64,000 bases of DNA from Octopus vulgaris (lineage: Eukaryota), in assembly GCA_951406725.2 (NCBI GenBank), contig OX597822.1:41912001-41976000 (forward strand). Reading direction: 5' to 3'. Positions 27,076-40,003 of this stretch are shown piece by piece (positions within the stretch are counted from its first letter, which is position 1; each line of letters starts with the position of its first letter). A model generated the notes under the pieces. That model was not told where the DNA came from and did no database searches. It saw only the letters and a list, made by a program, of their open reading frames with translations. A program made the translations under genes and the position numbers.

Positions 27076-27839
27076 GAGGGAGAGAGGGAACGAGAGAGAG
27101 GCTAAGATGGAAGGCAAACTTACATTTGTATGCTTTTAGTAAACATCTACTTTTAGCTTCACAGTGAAAAGTAGACACTGCCGTTGAACCACAGGTTTTG
27201 CCCTCTGTGGCCAGAATGAAAACTTCTCTCTATCTTTCTTTTACAAACACCCCCACACACGTGTGTGTATGTATGTCTGTGTGTGTGTTGAAAAAAAAAC
27301 CTATGGCTATCACTTGGAGTTGAGGATGACTTTGTAGCATATTGTTTTCACTAATTGTTTTAGATTCTTGTATGTTTGCAAGTAGACATGGACACCCTCT
27401 AGGTAGTCACCACCCTTGATCCAGTGGAGTATCCATGATGTAACAGGTGTAACCTTTATGATCACGAGGTCAACACCCTACCCACTAAGCCATGCCTTCA
27501 CATAGCACACACACACACACTACTACTACTACTTGGAAACTTGTGCTCTAGTTTTATTTTAATAGTTGGGTCTGTTTGTTCAACTAAGCCTTTCAAAGTA
27601 GTACCCCAGCATGGCCACAGGTCTGATGACTGAAGCAAGATAAAGGCTGTATATGAAACATTAAGTCTTTGATAAAGAGATTTCGCTTTATTTTATTCCT
27701 TATTCATAATTAATTAACACATAATTAATCCATTGTATTTTACAATGTAATAATTAAAACATTTTTGCACCCATCCTCCTGCTCTCTCTCCACTAATTAG
27801 GCACCTTAATGTTTAATTTATTAACTAGCTTTATCTTCA

Positions 27840-28479
27840 TTAACCCTTTAACATTTAGTATTCACACTATTCTGTCGAAAGTAATGCTTTTTTTATTTAC
27901 ATTATTTTGAATTTGTCATGCATTATCTTGTAGCTTCAAGAATTTGATAAGGCAACTGTTAATTTTTAGAATGGTATGGTAGGGTTGGTGTGAGAAACCT
28001 GATCTGGCCAGTTTGAACATGAGGCATACTCTTTTACTTGTTTCAGTCATTTGACTGCTACCATGCTGGAGCACCGCCTTTAGTCAAGAAAATCGACTCC
28101 AGGATTTATTCTTTGTAAGCCTAGTACTTATTCTATCGGTCTCTTTTGCCGAACTGCTAAGTGACGGGGATGTAAACACACCAGCATCGGTTGTCAAGCG
28201 ATGTTAGGGGGGACAAACACAAACACACACACACACACACATATATATATACATATACATATATACGTCAGGCTTCTTTCAGTTTCCGTCTACTAAATCC
28301 ACTCACAAGGCTTTGGTCGGCCCAAGGCTATAGTAGAAGACACTTGCCCAAGATGCTATACAGTGGGACTGAACCCAGAACCATGTGGTTGGTAAGCAAG
28401 CTACTCACCACACAGCCACTCCTGCGCCTATGTAAAATATTTCAGCCAAACATGACTGGTTTAAATGCTAAATGGTTAA
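27840..28479. mobile_element. piggyBac-like MITE with a nested family A SINE
   Basis: TTAA-ccctttaacattta .. taaatgctaaatgg-TTAA. A SINE on the minus strand at about 28030-28430 lies inside it. Confidence 0.7.
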
Positions 28480-28672
28480 TATTTTTCCCAAATCTACATA
28501 AAGAAGGCAGCTGGTATAGACGATGGCATGTTGTTATAGATGTTGTTTAGTTCCAGATACATCCTGATTGTGTCAAAGATGCTTTGACCATCACCATCCC
28601 TTCTTAACAGCATGTCACAGGCTACATTATCCAAACTGTCCTCTTTTCTAAAACAATAGGAAATGATCCAAT

Positions 28673-28791
28673 TCTATATTTCAGAGACGAGGAATTTTTA
28701 CATTCTGTATTAACTGAAGTGGTGTCCTCATCTTGATTGTTGCTTTTACTACGTTACATTACATATAAAATTCCTTGCCTCAAAAATATAG
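28673..28791. mobile_element. Small fold-back made of two outward-facing 3' ends of the SINE-hammerhead family
   Basis: tatatttcagagacgaggaatttt / aaaattccttgcctcaaaaatata are inverted. The internal minus strand matches 29176-29230. Confidence 0.6.
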
Positions 28792-28831
28792 TATTATATT
28801 ATCTAATTGGTATTGAGTTTATAAGCCTTAA

Positions 28832-29042
28832 TAACCCTTTCGTTACCAACCCGGCTGAAACCGGCTCTGGCACTGTAGTACAAATGTCTTGTTTTCAAAA
28901 GTTCTGAATTAAAATCTTCACAAATTATGTTCCTAAAACTAGCTTAATGATAACTAAGTTATTTTACTAAATTCTTTGTTATATCTAAAATTATTGAGAG
29001 AAACAGAGCATCTCAAAATAAATACAGTAACAAAAGCATTAA
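28832..29042. mobile_element. piggyBac-like MITE
   Basis: taaccctttcgttac .. gtaacaaaagcattaa, degenerate inverted ends. Confidence 0.65.
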
Positions 29043-29062
29043 ACATTCACTCTGACACTGCC

Positions 29063-29230
29063 TGCAGGCATAGTGTAATGGATAAAGGCACTGGTGAATG
29101 CAGTGCAGTCACTTAGAGGTACTGAGTTCAATCCCAGGCAAAACACCTGAAGAAGGCTTTAGCATACACAGCCAAAACATAGTGAAAAGCAACGACCAAG
29201 ATGAAGACACCAGTCCAACTAATGCATAGT
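29063..29230 (+). mobile_element. tRNA-headed SINE-like element carrying a hammerhead motif
   Basis: Box A-like tagtgtaatgg (29071-29081), box B-like gagttcaatccc (29124-29135), hammerhead 29144-29184. The tail aaaagcaacgaccaagatgaagacaccag is shared with the inverted copy at 28704-28755. Confidence 0.6.
29144..29184 (+). ncRNA. Decayed hammerhead motif downstream of a tRNA-like head
   Basis: CAC CTGAAGA A GGC..GCC AAAAC AT A GTG. Two CpG-type transitions (CGAAAC>CAAAAC, ACGT>ACAT) explain the deviations. The sister copy at 28745-28755 retains ACGT. Confidence 0.6.
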
Positions 29231-29816
29231 AGGAAGTGACTTGAGGGGCATTAGCTGTTATATCTAGTATGAATAGTAAAGTAGTCTCTGATGGCATTCT
29301 TCACTGTTCTATGTTTAGCCTTTACTACTTAGTACTGGTCATGGCTATAAGGAGAGGTACTCCTCACTGTGTGCAATATGTGGTTATGCAGATAACTTAT
29401 ATAACTGTATCTAAGTTATACTATTGCATGTATAGCCACATATATAGCTACATGTGTTTAACCACATGTGTCTATAGCCACATTAATGTGTGTGTATGAC
29501 TGAGTGTTAGTGTGTATTCACTCGCCTATTAGACCAGCTTTGGCTTGTGGCTTAGCCTGCTAGAACATCTCCTTCATATCATAACTGGAATACCTTTAAT
29601 TATTGGTCTGTTCAAACAGAGCTGACCTTGGGTTAAACAACAGTGAACACTAAAGTAAACAAAGTGTTCAAGCCTTATTTACAGTTTATATGTCCTTCAC
29701 TGTGAGGTAATTATTATGGCCATTCAACACACACCTCTACAATCCTCACACACCCACGTCCACTCTCACAGATACCATACACTGCACCATGACCACTGGA
29801 CACTTTGGGGGTAGAC

Positions 29817-30071
29817 CTGTGATTCTCAACCATTTTTTACTTATTATGGTCCCCCTTTTATTCCTATTTTAATCCCCTGCCCCCAACCATTCTATGTTTC
29901 AAGAAATCACATATTTTTTACAATTAAATTTTATTAGGAATTGTATAAGAAAATTTTTTTAATATCTTTTGTATATGGTAGAAGTATAAGCAACTTATTG
30001 CACATAATTGTTAACAACAAAGTCCTATAGGGACCCCCATGAGACATACTGACTCTGATTGAGAAGCACTG
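29817..30071. mobile_element. hAT (Charlie-like) MITE
   Basis: Ends ctgtgattctcaacc / attgagaagcactg; degenerate 8-bp TSD gggtagac / gcgtagag. Confidence 0.75.
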
Positions 30072-30910
30072 GCGTAGAGAAACTCAATTGGATATGCTGG
30101 GTGCTTAAACTCATAGTTGAACACTGGAGAGTGGCCAGTTATTTTAGAAGAATGGATGTATTTGTCTGCACAACAAATTATTAGTGGTCTAGGACATAAC
30201 AGTAGCGAACTGGACAATAGGTGTTGTTTTTATTACATGTCCCTTCACTTTTATCAGTTCAAATCCTGTTGGGGTCAACTTTTATTTCCCATACCACTAG
30301 GACTAGATAATGGATACACTTGTCATTTACTGGGGAGTTGGGGGTTGACTGAATCAATTATCCTCCTCTTCTACCTCTTCTATATATACTTCTATGACTA
30401 TTTAGCTTAAAATTTCAGTTGAGGGGACATTGATGTTGTCCCTGACAGCACTTGAGCTCACAACAGCAGGACAACGAACCTACTTATTTCTAGACATTTA
30501 ATCTTGGTCCTTCTCTCTTTCCCTCTTCTCTCTCCCCCTCTGTCTCTCTCCTCTCCCCTTCACCCTTTTCCTTTTTTGTTATTTTCTCTAACACCCCCAT
30601 CAACTTCCTAAAATAACATTTGTCTATTTTAGGTAATTCTCCTCCCCCTTCCTCACCCTCTGTTTATTTATCTACTTTAATTAGTTATTATCTCAAACTT
30701 GGGATTAACTCACACCTCACCTCACCGTCCTTCATCCCACCCCATATTCCCCACTCCACCTCGACTCATCCTACCTCAATGTCCCCACCCTACACAGCAA
30801 GTTACATTACACAATTTGGGCAAATTGGAGAGAAATAGAGTTTCTGTCTTGTGCATCTGTGTCTAGGGTGACTTGTGTAGATTCATGTGTGTATATGTGT
30901 GTGTGTATAT

Positions 30911-30961
<51 letters not shown>

Positions 30962-31159
30962 TGTGTGTGTGTGATTGTAAGGTCTGTGTGTATGTGTCTT
31001 TGTATGAGTATGAACTGTATATACATCTATTCATGCATTTATATATCTATCTGTCTCTAGAGAAATGATATTTTAGCTAAACACTGGTCCTTTGACCATC
31101 CAGACATGAAGATACTTAAACAGGGGAGCAGTGGTGGGCCAGTGAAGGTGGAGCATGAC

Positions 31160-31443
31160 TGCAGAAGCTGTCAACTATAAACTAAATATCAAGAGGTCTT
31201 CTTGTGAACGTGACCGGGGCATTACTGCCAGCAGCGATTTGCACTGGACAAAGCACATCTCTAAAATTGTCAAGAAGGCTGAGGGTGTCTTGGCATCAGT
31301 CAGCAAGACCTTTGTCAGCTGCTCTCCAGCTATTTATTTAAGGCTGTATATGGCTATGGTGTGGCCACACTTGGAATTTGCATCACCAGTCTGGAACCCT
31401 ATCTTGCTCAGAACATTGACCTCCTGGAAACTGTTCAGAGACT
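31160..31443 (+). mobile_element. Degenerate CR1/L2-type LINE fragment, C-terminal part of the reverse transcriptase ORF
   Basis: ERDRGITASSDLHWTKHISKIVKKA..LRLYMAMVWPHLEFASPVWNP, continuing after a frameshift as YLAQNIDLLETVQR. This matches the CR1-group pattern 'DLG..L.W..HI..KA..LY..VRP.LEY..VW.P..I..LE.VQR'. Confidence 0.85.
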
Positions 31444-33446
31444 AGTGGTGGTGGTGGTGGTGGCGGTGTCATGGCAGCAAGCTGACAGAATCCTGAGCAC
31501 ACTAGGTAAAATGCTTAGTGGCATTTCATCTGTCTTTACATTCTGAGTTCAAATTCTGCTGAGGTCAACTTTGCCTTTTAGCATTGATAAAATAAGTACC
31601 AGTTGAATTCTGGGCTGGGGTCATTGTAATTAACTTAACCCTTCCCCTGAAATTTCTACTTTGTGCATAATTTGAAACCATTGTTATTATTGTCATAGAC
31701 TGGTAGAATCTCCAGATTTTACCAGCATAATAATATTAATTTCATTTATTTGTCACAAAAGCCACTAATGAGGTGACTTTACAGACACACATTACAAAAA
31801 TTAATTATATAAAGGCATGAAAAACAACAGCGTTCCAGTAGAATGAAATGAGACTTTGAAAAAGCGGTCAGAGCCATCTAGTGAAGTAAGAAACCAGGAT
31901 TAATTAAAATATTGAACATTTAAAATTTTTTTCCAGAAACAGCTTGAGATGAGTGTTAAATGTTTTAATTTTGTAATGTCACTACCACCACCACAACCAC
32001 AACAACTACCATTACACACCTCTACCATCACTACCACCACACAACATCCATTACGTACCACCACCACACTTTCATCGTCATCATTATTTTCAAATTAGAT
32101 CAAACACACATCCACACACAGACAAATCACCACCACCTTCTCTACCCATCACCACTACCATCTCTGCCACCATTGCTGCCTTCTTCACAGCCCATCACCA
32201 CCACCACTACCACTTTACATTATGTAAAAGTGAGTAATCAGCTATCTTCAATATACATTGTTTTAAAATTGTTTACACAGACTAAACAGTCAGAAATTAT
32301 AATACTCACACACATACATACATTACTGGTAGAACACACACACATATACTATCCACATACTCATTTACTACATGCACGTACACACACACTCACTCACACA
32401 CACACACATACACGTGCACATTTTATTGACAGTGATTTCCAAGTTTCACCAGAGTAGTGAGGCTGACAACCAGCAAAACTTCAAGTCACTGTCAATAGAA
32501 TAGTTAAAATTATTTTACATTTAACATGAGTCCTTTCATCGCTTGTTTTCTTTGTATGTCTGTAAAAATATCCTTTAACTATATATGCATGCACTTATAT
32601 ATATATATTAATAATAAGTAAGTAAAATTTGAATTACTTTAATCTCAAAACGCATATATAATTAATCCTGGTTGTGTTGATTCATTGTTTTTCTCTTGGC
32701 CTTCGTAAAAAAGTATGTTTACCGTCATGGAGATTCTTATAGTAGCAGAAAAGGAATTTTTAACTCCTATTTATAATTTCGGTATGTGGTGAAGCAGTTA
32801 GCAGAATCCTTATTATAATTATGTATATATATATATATATATGTAGATAGATAGATATCTTAGCTCTAAGATTCTACAAAAGCAACATCTAAACATCTTA
32901 GTTGTTCACCTTCTTCTTGGCTCTACTCAGGCCAACTCTCATTGCTATTATGTCATCCCAGAACATACTGCACCATGTCTTCCTTGGTCTTCCTTTTGGT
33001 CCTTTTCTTCTTTCTGGTATCCACTCCATCACAATGGTACCATGTCTCTCCTGTTATACTCAAAGCACATGGCTAGTAATCCTAATCCATCACTTCATCA
33101 TCATCTCCTGCAAACTTCTCTTGCCAGCTCTACTTATCAACTACATTAATCTCACCTGTCTGGAGCTTGAACACCTGTAAAGGCCATGGATATTCTCCCT
33201 CTAGTTCTTGTTAATTTATTTTAAAAAATCTAGTTTAATAAGCATATCTATCTACACACACGCACACACATATATTAATCTTCACTTTTATGTTAAACTA
33301 AAGCATTACTCAATACTTTCGGCAGAGTACATATTCATTATTCCTTAACAGGAATAGTTTGACAGTAACTTTGCAGCTTCAGTCTGTTTAGGCTTCATTG
33401 GGCTGTCCAATGTAGACTAAGCAGGCCAAAACTTCACAGTTTCTGT

Positions 33447-33496
<50 letters not shown>

Positions 33497-35205
33497 AGAG
33501 AGAGGAGTGGAGACAAATTCTAAGATTTATTTAATGCATTCTTATATTTGTTTCATTAATGAATTGGTCTATCATGCAAAATTTTATCTTACAATAAATT
33601 ACTTCATCAAATCATCAGATATTGTATAACAAATGAAATATTAGCTTCAATACAATTTATAGCTGTTCGACAGATACATTAATTTTGCATTCATATTTCT
33701 TTTATCCAAATTGAGAGGCTGTCAAAAAGCATGGTCTTGTGAGCATACTCAAACATCACTGTTTCTGAGTCATTTGTCATTGAAGAATTTGCATGCTAAA
33801 TCTAAAGCCTTAACAGGAACCCGAATATTAGGGAATAAAAATCCACGGTACAAATTTGGGGGAGCTTAAAGCTAGGTTTATTTATAATACTTCTCAACCA
33901 GGATGTAACTGTGTTGCCATTGTTCCATTGCCATAGGTTGGTATCCTTAATTTTGATATTGGTTTCAAATTTCAGTGCAAGGCCAGCACTTTCGAGGGAG
34001 TGGTTAAGTTGATTGCATTGACCGACACTAGTGTTCATCTGGTACTTCTTTTACCAACCTCAAAAGGATGAAAGACAAAGTTGACCTTGGCAAAATCTTC
34101 TTAATTTTAATATCAATATTTTGTTACTTGCTAATTTCAACTCAGTCCGAACAAGGTTTATTAACCTACAACTTGGCCTATTCATAAAACTGACCTTTCA
34201 ATAGTTCCATGATATGAATGCTTTGTTTTCAATTAGACATTCAACTCTTGTCTCTATTGATACTTTCTGTGATGGCCTTAGCTTCTTCCTTTTTAGGGAA
34301 ATCCTTCATAGGTTTTCATGCTAATTTTCACCTAAATGGTTATATTTATTATTTGATATTTTATGTAAGTTGTTTCTCTTATTAGAAAATACAATCAAAC
34401 TGTTAGAGGCTTAAAATGTCCTTAATTAGGTTATTCTAGAGTTAGAATAATTATGGAATTTTTAAATGTTTAAAGTTATACTTTATAATTTAAGACGTTT
34501 ATGGTTAAAGCTGATCAATTTTGAATGGTACAAAATATTCAACTTGAGAGAATATTTTCAGGTGGTGTTGATGTTGTGCATGGCAGTATTGGAAAACTCA
34601 GCATCAAATAGAGATGCCTTCCAAAACATGTGACATACAACATCCTACATATTTACAAGCAGAAATTTGATATAGATCCTGTTGTTGGAAATGGTTAGAG
34701 CAATGGTATGTTTTTTTTAATCGGGTAGTCCATATTAAATATCTCCATTGCATCATAAATTGTGTTGGTACAATGGTGCAGTACTCTATTCCTAAACATC
34801 TCCAGTCTCACAAGATTCATATGGTTGTGTGTGTGTGTGTGCGTGCGTGTATTTATACACACGTCACACACACAGATATATATATCATCATCATCATCAT
34901 TTAGCATCCGCTTTCCATGCTAGCATGGGTTGGACGGTTCAACTGGGGTCTGTGAAGCCAGAAGGCTGCATCAGGCCCAGTCTGATCTGGCAGTGTTTCT
35001 ACGGCTGGATGCCCTTCCTAACGCCAACCACTCCATGAGTGTAGTGGGTGCTTTTTATGTGCCACCCGCACAGGAGCCAGATGGGGCTGGCAAACGGCCA
35101 CGGACGGTGCTTAGCACTTGTCTTCTGAATTATCCTCAACAGTTGAGTAATATATTTTATTTTAAGTGAATATGATAGACAGAAACTGAAAGAGGCCTAT
35201 CATTT

Positions 35206-35250
35206 ATATATATATATATATATATATAGATATAGATATATGTATATATG

Positions 35251-35281
<31 letters not shown>

Positions 35282-35414
35282 ATGTATATATATATATATA
35301 TATAGATATAGATATATGTATATATATATATAGATAGATATAGATATATGTATATATATATATAGATAGATATAGATATATATATATATATATATATATA
35401 GATATAGATATATG

Positions 35415-35445
<31 letters not shown>

Positions 35446-36015
35446 ATATATATATATATATATATAGATATAGATATATGTATATATATAGATAGATAGA
35501 TATAGATATATGTATATATATATATATATAGATATAGATAGATATAGATATATGTATATATATATATATAGATAGATATAGATATATGTATATATATATA
35601 TATATAGATATAGATATATGTATATATATATATATATATAGATAGATATAGATATATGTATATATATATATATATAGATATATAGATATATATATATATA
35701 TAGATATATAGATATATGTATATATATATAGATATAGATATATGTATATATATATAGATATAGATATATGTATATATATAGATATATAGATATATGTATA
35801 TATATAGATATATAGATATATGTATATATATAGATATATAGATATATGTATATATATAGATATATAGATATATGTATATATATATAGATATAGATATATA
35901 GATATATGTATATATATATAGATATAGATATATAGATATATGTATATATATATAGATATAGATATATAGATATATGTATATATATAGATATATAGATATA
36001 TATATATATATATAT

Positions 36016-36050
<35 letters not shown>
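35206..36050. repeat. About 845-bp compound microsatellite (TA)n/(TAGATA)n/(GATA)n
   Basis: The top strand contains only A, T and G. Recurrent higher-order unit gatatatagatatatgtatatatata; ends in (GATA)n. Confidence 0.97.
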
Positions 36051-36051
<1 letters not shown>

Positions 36052-37341
36052 GTTTCTTTATATATGTATGAGTGTGATTGTGCTGTATTGTATGACAGTC
36101 AATACAAGCTGTGTTGTCTTTGCCAATTCTTTTGTCAACAAGAATTCAGTTGCTTCACAGAAGACATGAAATATGAGATCTCTTAGTAGAGTCACCTCCA
36201 GGCACAAGTGTGAAAGGGCTTAAAATACTTGTCAGGTTTGTGGTTCTAGGAACAGAGAATCCTTACTACAACTGGTGTGTGTGTTATTCGAGTAATGGTA
36301 ATGTCCTATTGGAGAGTTTTTGCTATCATCTGAATAAACAAATATCTACATTATTCTATGTTATTGATTACATATAGTAGTTCTCCCAGTCTTTTAAATG
36401 GTTATCTACAAAGATTTATGGCCCTTTTGCCGGTGGCACGCAAAAGCACCCACTATACTCTCGGAGTGTTTGGCATTTGGAAAGGCATCCAGCTGTAGAA
36501 ACTTTGCCAGATCAGATTGGAGCCTGGTGCAGTCAAACCGTCCAATCCATGCCAGCATGGAAAGCGGACGTTAAACGATGATGATGATGATATATATATA
36601 TATGTGCACACATACATACCCCAGCCCCTAATGATGTATATTCAATATGCGAGCATGGAAGTGGATGTTAAATGATGTATTGACAATGTGTGTATGTGTG
36701 TATATATATTGTTAGGGAAATTAATAGACAAAGTACTTGAAGCAGCTAGTGTATGTATGTGATTGATAATTAAGATTAAGCTAATTGTAGGAAACATGTT
36801 GACAACAGTTACTACTGTCTGTGCACCCTCATCCAGGTTGACTTACAAACAGGGCTATTTTTATGAGTTTTATTATATTTTTTTTATCATGTCCAGAACA
36901 ACTGACAACAATCTTGTTATTGAGATGAGCAATTTTAAATGAACATGTTGGTCAGTTTCCCAATACATTCTTTAGTTTACATAGAAGTTATGGTTACAAT
37001 ACATAGAATGAGAAGTGTTCAAGCGTTACTATGTCAGCTTCAAGAAACCAGCTAGTCACCTGATCACATGTCAATCAGGTGAACAGTGAAACCAAATAGA
37101 CCTCTTACCAAGAAAAAAAGATAGACAGATGATAGTGGATACTAAGTCTTTCTCTGGTGAAAAGTGAATAATTCAATATAAATTAGTAAATTAATAACTT
37201 CAGACTCAGAGCTAAACAATCTGCAGAGAGAAAAGACAATCTGGAGAATGGAAACAATTTAAGAGCCTACAACCAAAAGTGTGGAGACTTCCAAATGATA
37301 TCTATACTAATGATATACTACTTCCAAATGATATCTATACT

Positions 37342-37722
37342 AGGCGCAGGAGTGACTGTGTGGTAAGTAGCTTGCTAACCAACCACATGGTTCCGGATTC
37401 AGTCCCACTGCATGGCATCTTGGGCAAGTGTCTTCTGCTATAGCCCCGGGCCGACCAATGCCTTGTGAGTGGATTTGGTAGACGGAAACTGTCGTATATA
37501 TGTATATATATATGTATGTGTTTGTGTGTCTGTGTTTGTCCCCCAAGCATTGCTTGACAACCGATGCTGGTGTGTTTACATCCCCGTCACTTAGCGGTTC
37601 GGCAAAAGAGACCGATAGAATAAGTACTGGGCTTACAAAGAATAAGTCCCGGGGTTGATTTGATCGACTAAAGGCGGTGCTCCAGCATGGCCGCAATCAA
37701 ATGACTGAAACAAGTAAAAGAG
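37342..37722 (+). mobile_element. SINE family A, representative copy (tRNA-like head, central microsatellite, tail ..gactgaaacaagtaaaagag)
   Basis: Other copies, + strand: about 13368-13700, 15332-15726, 15805-16172, 48010-49275 (interrupted), 50593-51205 (interrupted), 52905-53280. Minus strand: about 9645-10820 (split), 24770-25085, 28030-28430, 42770-43345, 52466-52897. Confidence 0.9.
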
Positions 37723-38033
37723 TAATAGATGCAACTTCCACAGTGTTTATATATACACACACACACAACAATTTCACATTGGGCTTCTGGTTTCCATCTC
37801 CCTCAAAGCTTTGATTGGCCTGGAGCTTTTGTAGAAAATACTTGCCCAAAGTGCTATGCAACAGGGTTGAACTCCTGACCACATGGTTAGGAAGCACTCT
37901 TCTTAACTAAACAGTCATGCTGTTGTGTGTGTGTCCACACACACACATATACATACATACATTTCCTTTCCTGAGTGTTCAATAACACTATACTTGTTCC
38001 ACGTCCTTGCGTTGTTGTGTTTTCATGTTGTGT

Positions 38034-38065
<32 letters not shown>

Positions 38066-38068
<3 letters not shown>

Positions 38069-38111
38069 TACACATCAGTTTCAGTAATATCTGTTGCCTC
38101 ATCAGTTATGC
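38066..38111 (-). ncRNA. Decayed hammerhead motif
   Basis: Minus strand GCATAA CTGATGA GGC..ACT GAAAC tgat GT G TATGC. The core is intact but stem II is weak and position 17 is G. Confidence 0.45.
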
Positions 38112-38469
38112 TCACTTGATTCTTCAACTTTCAATTTCAAATGCAGAAATGCCATTAGAAAGAGCAGAAATATATCTTTACAAGGTGGAAAAATTTTTTA
38201 CCGCTTTTTAAAGCTAATTTACCCAGTATCTTTGCTGTTCTAATGGCATTTCTGCATTTGAAATTAAATTGTCATCTTATTTCTGTCTTTCTGTACACAT
38301 TTCAATGCTTATAAAAAACAAAACAGATGTTTGTTTATATTTATATACACTTGTGTATATATATATGATCTGACTGGCCTGGTGCAGCCTTCGGGCTCCC
38401 CAGACCCCAGTTGAACCGTCCAACCCATGCTAGCATGGAAAACGGACGCTAAATGACTGATGATGATGA

Positions 38470-38526
<57 letters not shown>

Positions 38527-38678
38527 TGCCAGCATGACTCTGTGCTAAGAAATTTGCTTCCCAACTGTGTGGTTTTGGGTTCAGTTCCTCTGCTTGGCAC
38601 TTCGTGTCTTCTACTCTTCTACCAAAGCCTTGGGCTTGTGAGTGAATTTTGCTGTTAGAAACTGAAAGACGTTTGTTA

Positions 38679-38732
<54 letters not shown>

Positions 38733-38835
38733 TATATATAAAGTTATTATAATATATTGTCTATTGACTAATTTTTCTACAAGCTAGGCCACTTGTAATA
38801 AAAAAATTTTAAATCTTTATTACCCTGATATTATT

Positions 38836-38874
<39 letters not shown>

Positions 38875-40003
38875 TGCATACATCCACATAACATATAAAG
38901 GTGCTTGTCTGCAACAGAAAAGAATGTTGAATTGTAAAACAATTATTACATGGTGCAGTACATTTGAAAATTTTGTCCTGAAATGAGACCGTTGATTGTT
39001 GTAAAACCAGTTTTAGACTCTATTTTGGGTGTGTCTGTCTTAATGACTGCTACCCTTTATTATATACCCTGGTGTTACAATATATATCCTGTTGTTGTTT
39101 CTTCTTACATGTCTCTCTCTCCTTTCTCTGATATTTTCTACTAATCACACTTGGTTTCAGCTACAGTTTGTAACCTGAAATAAGTTTTTGTGTGTTTCCT
39201 AGTTTAGGCCATCTTAGTCTTCATCCACCAAACATACAGACAAAAAACTTCCAGCCATGACCATTTCATCTTTCTTCTCATTTTATCTCAAGACTACATT
39301 ATCCAGTGTTCTTTTCATTTTTTTAAACAGCATAGTATGATTTGACAGAAGTTTGTCCAATATGTCTAGCAAATTTGAGTGACCACATACAAGCTTCCTC
39401 TTTAGCTTGTATGTGTGTGTGTGTGTGTGTGTGCATTCCAGGTGATATGTGTGTATATTGAATGAATGTCTCCAAGGGTGATGTGTGTTTATATACTAGA
39501 TAAATTTGCATACTGTTTGTACGTGCACAGACCACCACCACTACTGCAACTACTACTACTGTATCAAAACACCACCACTATCACACCTTCACCTCTGCAC
39601 CACCACCGTTGTTATTGCACTACCACCAACACTACTCCCACTGCTCTAATTGTAGTACTTGTCTATGAAAAGATTAATTTCTCACTTTCAACATCCCTTA
39701 AAGGATAATTTAATCCTTGTTAATCTTCGTTTATCCTTGTTGTTGCTGTTGTTCATGGCTGGTTAAACTCTTTCTGGGGGCAAGTTGTGGGTGGAACCCC
39801 CAGATTATTCTGGAATGTTAGGGATTAAGTTAACATTTGTTATTCAGTGTGTACAGGGGTCTCATGGTTGGCTCCTTAAATAATCCCTATATTGAGAGTC
39901 ACACCTAATGATGTGAAGGGATATGTTTAATTTATTGGTGTGATAATATTTCTTCATTAGAAAATCTCACAGTAATTACATTGTGTAACAAAATTTTTAT
40001 TTG

